Positions 1-9,916 of a stretch of DNA of 50,111 bases are shown here, piece after piece (position 1 is the first letter of the stretch; each line of letters opens with the position of its first letter). Source of the DNA: Azolla caroliniana (taxonomy: Eukaryota > Plantae > Polypodiophyta); NCBI GenBank assembly GCA_043228905.1, contig JBHGNT010000222.1, forward strand, positions 1 through 50,111. Reading direction: 5' to 3'. The position numbers and the translations under genes were made by a program. Under the pieces are notes generated by a model, which was not told where the DNA came from, ran no database searches, and saw only the letters and a list, made by a program, of their open reading frames with translations.

Positions 1-3000
1 GTTCAAGCTCACCGGCTCCAACTATCCAGTGTGGAAGTCGAAGATGAGGGACATGCTCGTGGTCAAAGATCTTTGGTTGCCGGTGCAGTTCGAAGACAAG
101 TGGCCAGACAAGATCGAAGAAGACAACAACATACATTCGGTGCTTCATCGACATGAGCCTGTACAACAACTTTAATGAAGAAAGTAAGACACATTTCCTC
201 TGGGAGAAAATCGGCACCATGCTGGAGAGCAAGAACACCGTAAATCAGGTTTCGGTATTCCAGAAGTTAGTGAGACTCTGGTACCAAGACGGATCTAGCG
301 TGGTGGAGCACATGAATGCATTCTAGGGGCTCATAAACCAAACAACCTCCCTGGAAGTACCTCTAGCCGACAAGGTACTTGTGTTGCTCCTGCTCTGTTC
401 CCTTCTGGAACGTTGGGAGACGCTAGTTGTCACTTTGGGCAACGCCGGGCTGAAAGGAAAAAAATTGTCCCTAGCAAGGGTAAAATCGAGCTTGCTAGAT
501 GAAGAAGCTCGCCGGAAGGACCGAGAGTCCGGAACCGATCCGAAGGCCTTGGTCACGAAAGATGACCATAACCGAGGAAGAGACCGGAATTGGAGTCCTC
601 AGAAATGGGACAAATCGGGGACGAGGTCGAAGTCAAGGGGAAGACCCACTTGCTTTTATTGCAGAAAGTTGGGGCACTTCCAAAAATCCAAAAGGGGAGC
701 CAACATTTTGGAACCGAAGAAGATTTCGGAAAGAAAAGGAACGTCTACGATCGCGACAAGTGAAGAAGAACTACTGCTTATCACCGAGGAGTGTGAGCTG
801 CATCTTGTCAGCGACGAAACGACATGGGTGGTCGACTCCGGAGAGTCATCCCATCTGACCCCCGACCGGAAGTGCTTCTCATCATACAGAGCCGGAGATC
901 ACGGTTCTATTCGGATGGGAAATGAAGTTGCATGCCAAATTATTAGCATAGGAGATGTGTGGTTGACGACATCAATCGGGTGCAAGTTGCTCTTGAAGGA
1001 TGTCTGACACGTTCCGGAGGTTCGGTTGAACTTGATATCAGCCGATCGGCTAGATGATGAAGGCTACACTGGTAGCATTCGGAACAGATTCATGATGTTT
1101 TGCAAAAGGAGCTTGATCGTAGCTCGAGCCCGGAAGATCAACACACTATACTTGATGCATGCCCGGATCTGCCGAGAGGAAGTGAATGTGGCATCCGAAA
1201 ATGCCGGTGAGCTGTGGCACAAGAGGTTGTGTCACATGAGCCAAAAAGGGATGAGAAGACTTGCCAAAGATAACCTCATTCCGGAGGTGAAAGACGTGCA
1301 TCTTGAGAAGTGCAGTGACTGCTTGGCCGACAAGCAAAGCCGAACCTCTTTCCGGTCAAGACCACCGATGAGATGGAAGGTCCCATTGGAACTTGTGCAT
1401 ACTGATGTATACCAAGTGGACATGAAGTCACATGCCGGATTGCAGTACTTTGTGACATTCATAGACGACCACAGCCGGAAGTTGTGGCTATCACCGTTGA
1501 AGAGGAAGGATCAGGTGTTGTCCGTCTTCAAGGAATTCCACATGAGAGTCGAAAGGGAAATCAGCCGGTAGTTGAAGGCGGTTTGAGTGGACAACGGAGG
1601 AGAATACCGGGGGCAGTTCGAGGAGTATTGCTGGTCAAAGGGAATCCAACTCAAAGTCACCGTGCCGAAGATGCCAGAGCTGAACAGATTGGCTGAAAGG
1701 ATTGGCTAATGGAGAGAGTTTGGAGCATCCTAGCACATGCAAAGTTACCCAAGACGTTTTGGGCTGAGGCGCTGATGACAACGACCTATGTGATAAACTG
1801 ATCACCCTTAGTGCCCTTGGAAGGAGACTCACCGCAAAAAGTATGGACCGGTAAAGACGTGTCTTACCGTCATCTGAAGGTATTTGGCTGTCTCGCTTAC
1901 GTGCATGTTGCAAAGGACAAGAGAGCAAAGTTGGATCCGAAGTCCAGGCCATGCATATTCCTTGGATACATTGATGATGAGTTTGGATACCGAGTGTGGG
2001 ACTTGGTCGACAAGAAGGTGTTCCGGGGTCGAGACATAGTCTTCATCGAAGACAAGACTATTGCCGACTGGGAGTTGAAGAAGAAGATTGTAGACTTCGG
2101 ATCGACTGACGGGACCCATCCAGCTAGAAGTTGGACAACACTAGAAGAACTGGCCGGAGTCGGACAAGAGACCGAATCGATCGAAGAAGAAGAAGAAGAG
2201 TAGGACACCGAGACCGGACAAGACCCTGAATCGGATTCAGATGAAGAATAGAAGAAGGAACCAGTGGACGAGAACCAAGGAAGAAGATATCCTCTCAGGG
2301 AGAGAAGAGCCCCCTGGAGATTTCTGGATGTAGAACATGTGTTGCTGTCCGATGAGGGGGAGTCGGAAAGCTTCGAAGAAGCAAAGGACACCCACATCTG
2401 CAAGTGGTTAAGTGCCATGGCAAGATGAGATGGATTCCCTACATGATAACCACACATATGAACTAACGGAGCTGCCAAAGGAAAAGAGAGCGCTCCGGAA
2501 CAAGTGGGTGTACAAGCTAAAACCGGGAGACTCAAGAAATCCACTAAGGTATAAGGCCCACATTGTGGTGAAGGGCTTCCAACAGAAGAAAGGAGAGGAT
2601 TTCGATGAGATCTTTGCCCCGGTAGTGAAGGTGACATCCATCCGGATGGTGTTGAGCATATCGGCAAGCATGGACCTCGAGGTAGAGCAACTAGACATCA
2701 AGACGACGTTCCTACATGGCGACCTCGACGAAGAGATCTACATGCAACAACTAGAAGGATTCATCAAGAAAGGGAAGGAGCACCTGGTATGCTGGTTGAA
2801 GAAGAGCTTATACGGACTGAAGCAAGCTCCCCAACAATGGTACCGGAATTTTGACTCCTTCATGACCAATCAAGGCTATCACAAGGCGCAGGCCGACCAC
2901 TGTGTATTTGTGAAGAATTTTGACGGAGGAGACTTCCTGATACTCCTACTATATGTGGATGACATGTTGATTGTCAGACCGAACCGAACCAAAATCGGTA

Positions 3001-3890
3001 ATTTGAAGAAGGCCTTGAACCGAACCTTCTCAATGAAAGATTTGGGTCTGGCGCGACAGATATTGGGGACTGGACGAAGAAGCTGTTGTGGTTGTCACAG
3101 GAGAAGTACATGGCGAAGGTACTCCAACGGTTCAACATGATAGATGCAAAGCCGGTTGGATCGACACTTCCAACAAATTGCAAGTTGTCCATAAAGAAAA
3201 GTCCGAGGACGAAGGCAGAGAAGTTAGAGATGCTGAAGATACCATACACTTCTGATGTCAGAAGCTTGATGCATGCAATGGTGTGTATCCGGCTGGATGT
3301 TGGATACCTTGTCAAAGTAGTTAGTCGGTTCATGAGCAATCCAAGAAGAGAACACTGGACCGCAGTCAAGAGGATACTCCAGTACTTGAAAGGCACCTCG
3401 AGTATGTGCCTTCGATTCAACTCCGGAAAACCCCAACTTGAAGGATTCACGAATTCGGATATGTTGGCTTATGCAGATACCAACCGGTCTATATCCGAAT
3501 ATGTCATGACATATGTAGGGGGAGCTGTACCGTGGTAGTCGAGGCTGCAAAAGTCCGTTGCATTGTCGACAACGGAAGAAGAGTACATGGCAACCGTGGA
3601 AGTAGGTAAAGAGGTAATCTGAATGAAGGACTTTATCAGAAAGCTAGGGATTTAGGAGGAGGAATTCCGGCTATATTGCGACAGTCAAAGTGCCATCCAC
3701 CTCGTGAAGAACACAACGTACCCCTCCAAGACGAAGCACATCCAACGTAGATACCACTGGCTTCGGGAGAGAGTAGAAGATCAAGAATTCATGTTGTTGA
3801 AGATCCACTCGGAGAAGAACTGGTTGGACATGTTGACCAAGGTGCTGTTAGTCGACAAGTTGGACGCGTGTAGGAGACGAATGGATCCGG
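1..3890 (+). pseudogene. Copia-A gag-pol pseudogene (many stops, frameshifts and deletions)
   Basis: ORF fragments 381-1007, 1026-1571, 1811-2203, 2412-3140, 3086-3538 and 3704-3916. Confidence 0.93.
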
Positions 3891-4065
3891 AAGGTATCCG
3901 GATGAATCCGGTGTGAACCGGATCTAGGGACATATCTGTAAATATGTTTCTAGAGGGCCTATCATGGTTATATATGTAAATAGTCCTAAATTCATATAAG
4001 TATAAATAGTCTTGTTATATATGAGTTGTTATTATTATTATTGTACCGATATATATATATATATT

Positions 4066-4117
<52 letters not shown>

Positions 4118-4376
4118 CATAAAGCTTTTTTGTTGTAACCGTCGGTTGGCAAAGATAGAGCGCGCGAGTTCATTGCCTCCGAGTCTCGCTTTGTATCCCT
4201 TCTCATAGTGATAGTTGGAGTCTGTGGGCTCCCATGGTTTTTCCCCCTTTAGGGTTTTCCACGTTAATATCCGATGTCGTCTCATTCTGTGTAAGTGCAT
4301 TATTCTTATTTTTCATTTCTTGCTTTCTTCCATTGATTGTTTAAGACTTGGTTGTGGCCGAGCCCCATTCCGCACA
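3890..4376 (+). repeat. Copia-A 3' LTR, 5'-truncated (PPT and LTR start deleted)
   Basis: Resembles the Copia-C LTR (GTAAATATGTTTCT, TATAAATA, GGTTTTTCCC..GGGTTTTCCACGT, GGTTGTGGCCGAGC). RNase H runs straight into it with no PPT. Left boundary is approximate. Confidence 0.8.
4069..4114. repeat. (AG)23 microsatellite in Copia-A LTR
   Basis: Direct reading. Confidence 0.95.
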
Positions 4377-4496
4377 GGATTGGGGTGGTTGATGATGGTA
4401 ATGTTGATGGTGTGATGGCAGCGACATTGTGGGGTGGGGGGTGACACCTAGAATGGCTCCACCCCCCTCCCAAGGGGTTCAACACGACAAAGGGAG

Positions 4497-4562
<66 letters not shown>

Positions 4563-4916
4563 GTCAAAGACAGATGAGAGAAGGCTTCTTCCTATTCCAT
4601 TCATGCCCCCATAAGAGGGTTAAATAGTACAATGAGGGTTAGATACATAGGGGTGCATACCATCCACACATATCATTCACTCACACTCTTTTCTATCTAT
4701 CCACATGCACACACATGTGCATGTGTTTATACACATATACTCACACTCACTCACACTTTCACTCGTTCTCGTGCACATTACACACACACAACACTATAGT
4801 CTTTCACCCTCATAACACTTATCAATCTTCGTACATCTCGTACAATAACACATGGCACACCCGTGGGATAGTGCATTGCATGCCGGTCCCACATGCCTTG
4901 ATCATCATCATCTACA
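4377..4916 (-). repeat. LTR fragment, family X (interrupted by Copia-A)
   Basis: Shares CCTAGAATGGCTCCACC, GGGGTTCAAC, GGGTTAAATAG and TATAGTCTTTCACCCTC with 40971-41293. Minus-strand TATTTAA is followed by a CT-rich tract; ends in CA at 4916. Confidence 0.7.
4499..4560. repeat. (AG)31 microsatellite
   Basis: Direct reading. Confidence 0.95.
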
Positions 4917-4921
4917 TATTG

Positions 4922-5366
4922 TGTGATTGTGTTGATCGAGCAAGCTCAATGTGGGTTGGATTGGTTGGAGAAGCCGAGAGCTGGATCAGGTAAAGATCGA
5001 TCGGCTAGGCTCGGATCAGATCGGTGAGCAGATCCATGCGGAGCCGGTAGGCTATTAGAGGCCTATGATCCTAGATTACTAGGAAGTTATATTCCTAGGA
5101 GTTAGTGTCAATAGCTCAGTTATGAGCATTGAAGTACTTGTTAGTACTTTTGACTGTCCTTTATGGACTTGTATAAAAGTGCTCATTCAACACATTTGTA
5201 TGTATAGAGTGTTATTTTGAAATCGAGTTTCTGTGTCCTACTCTCTCTCTATTACTCTCGAGTACTTTGTATTCTCTGTGAGTTCTCCCTTGCTCTCTGA
5301 GCTTTCGGTTGCTGCCCGGCTAAGCTGGTTGTGTCTATTTTTAGTTTCCACACGCTAATCTTCACA
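4922..5366 (+). repeat. Copia-B 5' LTR
   Basis: TGTGA...TCACA termini, TATAAAAG near 5172, and a PBS immediately downstream. Left boundary is less certain. Confidence 0.75.
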
Positions 5367-5378
5367 TGGTATCAGAGC
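5367..5378 (+). promoter_or_regulatory. Primer binding site, tRNA-iMet (Copia-B)
   Basis: TGGTATCAGAGC directly after the LTR CA. Confidence 0.92.
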
Positions 5379-5457
5379 GCAAGGGTTGAGAATCCTCTAC
5401 TGCCGACAACCGTTCAACATAGGCAAACCCTAACACCAAGTTAAGAACAAAAAATAA

Positions 5458-5709
5458 TGGATAGGAGCATGGCAAGCTCAATTCCAACCGAGAAGCTCAA
5501 TCGAAGTAACTACGCATCTTGGTCCTACAAGATGCACCAATACTTGCTTGGTCTTGGTTACTGGAGCTATCTGGAAGGAATAAACAAAGTAGCACCGGAT
5601 TCGACACACAAGGATTTTTTGGTGTAGGAGCAAGCAACAAACAAAGTCTTGAAATGCCTTGCATCCTGTGTACACGACCAGATGCTGGGCTACATTTCGG
5701 GATGTGACG
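5458..5709 (+). pseudogene. Copia-B gag N-terminus, split by G1/Z insertion
   Basis: Reads KLNRSNYASWSYKMHQYLLGLGYWSYLEG...LASCVHDQMLGY and resumes at 27372 as KTSTEA*ENLKKIF. Confidence 0.85.
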
Positions 5710-6181
5710 TGTCACAGACACCCCAATGCTAGACGACGACAAAGCACAGATGACGAGGCTACGATCGATAAGGTTACGAACGTGGACCTCGACGTGATGA
5801 GGCTAGAAAGTCGGGAAGTTGGGAGCGACGAGACGAAGAACATAAGAAGCTAGGAACGACCTAAGAGAATGATGAGAGAGCTGAAGAAGGAGAAAAGGTG
5901 TAATGAAACGAGAATACTAGATTGAAGTGTCAATGACTAGTGTTGAATCCCTTAATGGACCAGGGAGGTTACAAGTATTTATAATGTGAGTCGAAATACA
6001 TGCATTAGAATATTCTAGAACCCTCTAGAACCTTCTTGTTCTAGACCTTTCTAAAAACTCTTAGAACTTAAAATAGATAATATACTAAGATGTACATAAC
6101 ATGACTATGTATTTGGATGTATTGGTTAGAACATAACACTTGACTATAATACAACACATCAAGAGTTCAAATTTAGACATG
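5710..6181 (-). repeat. LTR Z, left copy (lacks about 9 bp of the LTR start)
   Basis: Direct repeat of 26963-27362. Minus-strand TATAAATA at 5976-5983 with an HSE array upstream and a pyrimidine-rich R/U5 downstream. Confidence 0.85.
6007..6056 (-). promoter_or_regulatory. Heat shock element array in LTR Z
   Basis: aGAAtaTTCtaGAAccCTCtaGAAccTTC...TTCtaGACctTTC: alternating nGAAn units with 5-bp period, starting about 25 bp upstream of the minus-strand TATA. Confidence 0.75.
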
Positions 6182-6192
6182 AACAGCAAGTC

Positions 6193-6466
6193 GATTGATG
6201 ACTAAGCAAGTCCCCACCAGAAATAGGAACAAAAATGAATATGGGTGACCATGTGAGGTTCTCACTAGAGACTGGAACATCGAAGGGCGTGAGCGACAAT
6301 GTACGACCGCCTTTTTGAAAGCGTCATGATGCAAGGGTGAGTTGAAATACAAAACCAAAGTGGATTGATGACTGAGTGAGTCCTCAATAGAAATAGGAAT
6401 GAATGTGGGTCACCATATGAGGTTCTCACTAGAGACTGGAACATCGACAGGCGTGAGCGACAATGT
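6193..6466. repeat. Two diverged direct repeats (about 105 bp, period 170)
   Basis: GATTGATGACT...GAGGTTCTCACTAGAGACTGGAACATCGA...GCGTGAGCGACAATGT at 6193 and 6363. Confidence 0.85.
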
Positions 6467-6530
6467 GCGGCCCTCACTGGGGATTAGAACACCACCAGGT
6501 GAAGGAGTGCAGATGAAGAGGTCTCCTCGA

Positions 6531-7304
6531 CTTCTTCTATCATGAGAGGGCACTAGTGAGAAACTGAAAATGATCCCCACCAGGAAAGTGAGCGGTTGTG
6601 ACCCCCACCAGAACTAGACTGTGAGCAATCGAAATTAGTCCTTGCCAAACGATAGTGGGGCGAGACTTGAACTAAAATAAAAATGGAGTGCAAGCGAGAA
6701 ATGATCCGATCCCCACTAGGAAAGTGAGTGGTTGTGACCCCCAATCGGAATTGGGAAGGTGAGCGATCGAAATCAATCCTCACCAAAATCTTCTTCTATC
6801 ATGAGAGGCGCTAGCGAGTAACCGATGCAATCCCCACTAGGAAAGTGAGTGGTTGTGACCCCCACCGGAACTGGGAAGGTGAGCGATTGAAATCGGTCCT
6901 CGCCAAAGGAAAGTGGAATGAGACTTGAACTAAAATGAAAATTGAGTGTAAGAGAGCAATGATTCGACACCCACAAGGAAAGTGAGCATTTGTGAACCCC
7001 CACCGGAACTGGGAAGGTGAGCGATCTAAATCAATCCTCACCAAAATCTTCTTCTATCATGAGAGGGCGATAGCGAGAAATCGACGCGATCCCCCCCAGG
7101 AAAGTGAGTGGTTGTGACCCCCACCAGAATTGGGAAGGTGAGCAATCGAAATCGGTCCTCGCTAAAGGAAAGTGGAGCGAGACTTGAACTAAAATGAAAA
7201 TTGAGTGTAAGGGAGCAATGATCTGATTCCCACCAGGAAGTGAGCAATTGTGACCCCCACCGGAACTGGGAAGGTGAGAGATCAAAATCAATTCTCACCA
7301 AAAT
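6531..7304. repeat. Three tandem units of about 258 bp, each with two related subunits
   Basis: CTTCTTCTATCATGAGAGG recurs at 6531, 6790 and 7048. A GGAAAGTGAG..TTGTGACCCCCACC..GAA-type subunit recurs six times. Confidence 0.9.
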
Positions 7305-7315
7305 CGTGATGCAAA

Positions 7316-9068
7316 ATGATGTCTAGAGATGATAATAATGACAATGAAGAGGGTGGAACAATGATGATGATGAAAGACCACGCAGGCCTTGACGTTGCCA
7401 TTGATAGGATCGTGGATGCCAAGGGATGCTTTGACAGTAAAGATGTGACACGATACCTTGAAGCCTACAAAACGGGAATACGGAAAAAGCGTATTCCCAT
7501 GGCAAGACAAGTGGCAAGCTTCTTGAGGATTGTAACTTCAAGTCTTTACTCCCGGGTCCTAGAGCTACAAGAGGCCAATCCGGAATGGTCATCTTTTGAA
7601 TGAAGTTTACTTGAAGAATATGGGTTTGGTGACTCATCTTGAATGATGAAGAAGGATTTAATGGTTTGCGTGGAGTTTACTAACAAAGAGTTGAGTGCAA
7701 GTGCGACACTCCACGAATTCAAGCAAAGTTTTTATCATCTGCCTACATTTGACCAAACGGTTCTTGATTCCAGCAAGGTGCTCCTATTTATCAAATTAGT
7801 AGATGTGAAACATCGAAGAGATCTTGGACTACTGCTAGAAAATGATGAAGGCCTCATTTCTGATTGGGCAGTAGTGAAGAGAGTGCGTGGACGTTTTGAT
7901 AAGCGTCGGCAATGGGACAACGAGACAAGATCGGGGTGTTGCAGCTCAGATTGGCCAACAAACTTATAATGCAAGACAATAACCAAAAGCCCAAAGACCG
8001 AGGGATGACGAACTGGCTTGGCCCATGGGTGGAGCCACAATGGATGAATTTGCAGACTTGCTTCGAGAGATGAGAATTTCTCAAATTAGAAAGGAAAAAA
8101 CTCAAAGTTTTCTAGGTCGTCGCTTGGAGTTTCCCCGTAGGTGTATTTGGTGTGACTCTTTGGAACACCAACGGAGATATTGCTTTGAATTCCAAAATGC
8201 CATCCGACAAGATATCATTTATCTCTCCAACAATCGGATTCACTCCTCGGTGTTGCATCGTCCTCTCAACACCTACTTTGGTCAAGGAGGTATGAAGAAG
8301 TTGATGGAGGAAATGAAAGAAAACAAAGTCAATAGTGCTTACTATTCCTCATCTGCCGGAATTCGAGATGGACACGAGACGAGAGCCCAAGAGTCTCAAG
8401 CATGATAATTCTGGCCGATCATATTCAATCAAGTCAGGAAAGGGAAGCTCTACATGAATGAGGCATTCAAAGCAGAATGAAGAGTCCAAGCAATGACAGG
8501 ATGTGAGGACCTTGTGGAGGAGAAGTCTAGCTTCGTCGAGGCCATGTGTCAAAACTACGACGTCCTAGTTGAAGAGAAATGAAAAAAACCAGATGACCAA
8601 TCAGGCTCTTCAAAGAAACATGACACAAGAGAATCTGTTCAAAGAAGGGAGGAATCGTCATTGCCCCAAATGATAACCGAAAGAAGGAAGGAAAGAATCA
8701 AACCGACGTTCAAAGTACGGTCGGAGATAGAGCAATCCAATGACCTTAAGTGTGTGATGGAAGAAAGGATCCTGGATAGCCAAATCGAGTTCACACTACG
8801 GGAGATCCTAGGAATTGCAAATAATTAATTTCATGGTGTCATCATTGATTTAATTAAAAGGAAGCGACCGATGACAATTGACGAAGGAACCAGACCGACA
8901 AATGTCTCGACGAGCGCTATCACAACGGAAGGTCTCAAAATTGAACAAGAATTTGTGAATAGACATTTTGTGAGGTCACATTGGGCTAGGGCTATTACTG
9001 AGACACCGATGTGGATGGGAGATTTGAAAGATCCGGTGGTGGCGCTGATTGACCATGGCTCAGAGATC
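7316..9068 (+). pseudogene. G1 gag-protease (5' part), non-chromovirus Ty3/Gypsy
   Basis: Homologous to G2 gag (FDSKDVTRYL; KVLLFIKLVD; CCHC knuckle CIWCDSLEHQRRYC; SHWARA; ALIDHGSEI) with multiple stops; interrupted by Copia-C. Confidence 0.9.
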
Positions 9069-9887
9069 TGTTGGGAGATAGGTCCCTCCGGATGGGAAAG
9101 GAGAAGAACAGTTTTGATGAACAAACTCGACCGAGGCCGAAACTGTATGACGAGTACCCGGCCACGGAGAGCCAGATGGTGCAGACCCAGTGAAGACCGG
9201 ATAAGGAGTACCCAGCTACGGAGAGCCGGATGGTGCAGACCCGGTGATGACTGGATGAGGAGTACCCGGCTACGGAGAGCCAGATGGTGCAGACCCAGTG
9301 AGAACCGGATGAGGAGTACCCGGTTATAGAGAGCCGGATGGTGCAGACCTGGTGAGAACCGGATAAGGAGTACCCGGTTACGGAGAGCCGGATGGTGCAG
9401 ACCCGGTGAGGAATGCTCACTGGACGAAGAGACATATTCGTAAATATGTTTCTGAGAGTCCATCGAGGTTATATTTGTAAATAGCCGAAAAGTCACATTA
9501 GTATAAATATGACTTAGGGCAAACTTTTAGTAACTGTTGTTGTTGTCATTTTTCTTGTTGGCGCAAGGAGAGAGAGAACGCGAAACTGTGTATAGAGAGA
9601 GAGAGAGAACGAGGTTGTTGCCTCTGTTGTAACCGCCGCCTGTGGCGAGGATCGTGAGCACGAGGTCGTTGCCTCCGTGAGCTCACTGTTGTACATTCTA
9701 ACATAGTGATAGTTTGCAGCATGTGGGCTGCTGTGGTTTTTCCCTTAGTTCGGGTTTTCCACGTAAACATCCTGCGTACTCGTCTCTTCTTTGTGTCGTT
9801 CATTATTTCCCGTTTTTTTCTGTGTATGATTCTAAGCTCGGTTGTGGCCGAGCGTTGCGTATACGGAGGAGCGTACAGTTCCCGTCA
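9069..9887 (+). repeat. Copia-C 5' LTR with five 54-bp U3 tandem repeats (about 9152-9410)
   Basis: TGTTGGGAGA...CCCGTCA; direct repeat of 21918-22710. Confidence 0.95.
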
Positions 9888-9889
9888 AG

Positions 9890-9901
9890 TGGTATCAGAG
9901 C
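9890..9901 (+). promoter_or_regulatory. Primer binding site, tRNA-iMet (Copia-C)
   Basis: TGGTATCAGAGC 2 nt after the LTR. Confidence 0.93.
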
Positions 9902-9916
9902 GAAACGACACAGAAA

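Larger units (their letters stand above)
1..4376 (+). mobile_element. Ty1/Copia LTR retrotransposon Copia-A (Tnt1-like), degenerate, 5' end outside window
   Basis: Gag (CFYCRKLGHF), protease (WVVDSG), GAG-pre-integrase (LWHKRLCHM), integrase, RT (YVDD) and RNase H (KTKHIQRRYH) fragments in Copia order. The sequence is collinear with Copia-C, and the LTR remnant ends in CA at 4376. Confidence 0.95.

Noticed and set aside
1897-2667. 256-aa antisense ORF and other minus-strand ORFs over Copia pol
   Set aside because: Shadow frames of the retroelement coding sequence with no motifs.
5710-5720. 11-bp terminal inverted repeat suggesting a DNA transposon
   Set aside because: TG..CA ends belong to direct-repeat LTR copies and no transposase is present.
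8831-9496. 221-aa repetitive ORF and similar ORFs at 21699-22322
   Set aside because: Translation of the 54-bp (18-codon) LTR repeat; open in several frames.
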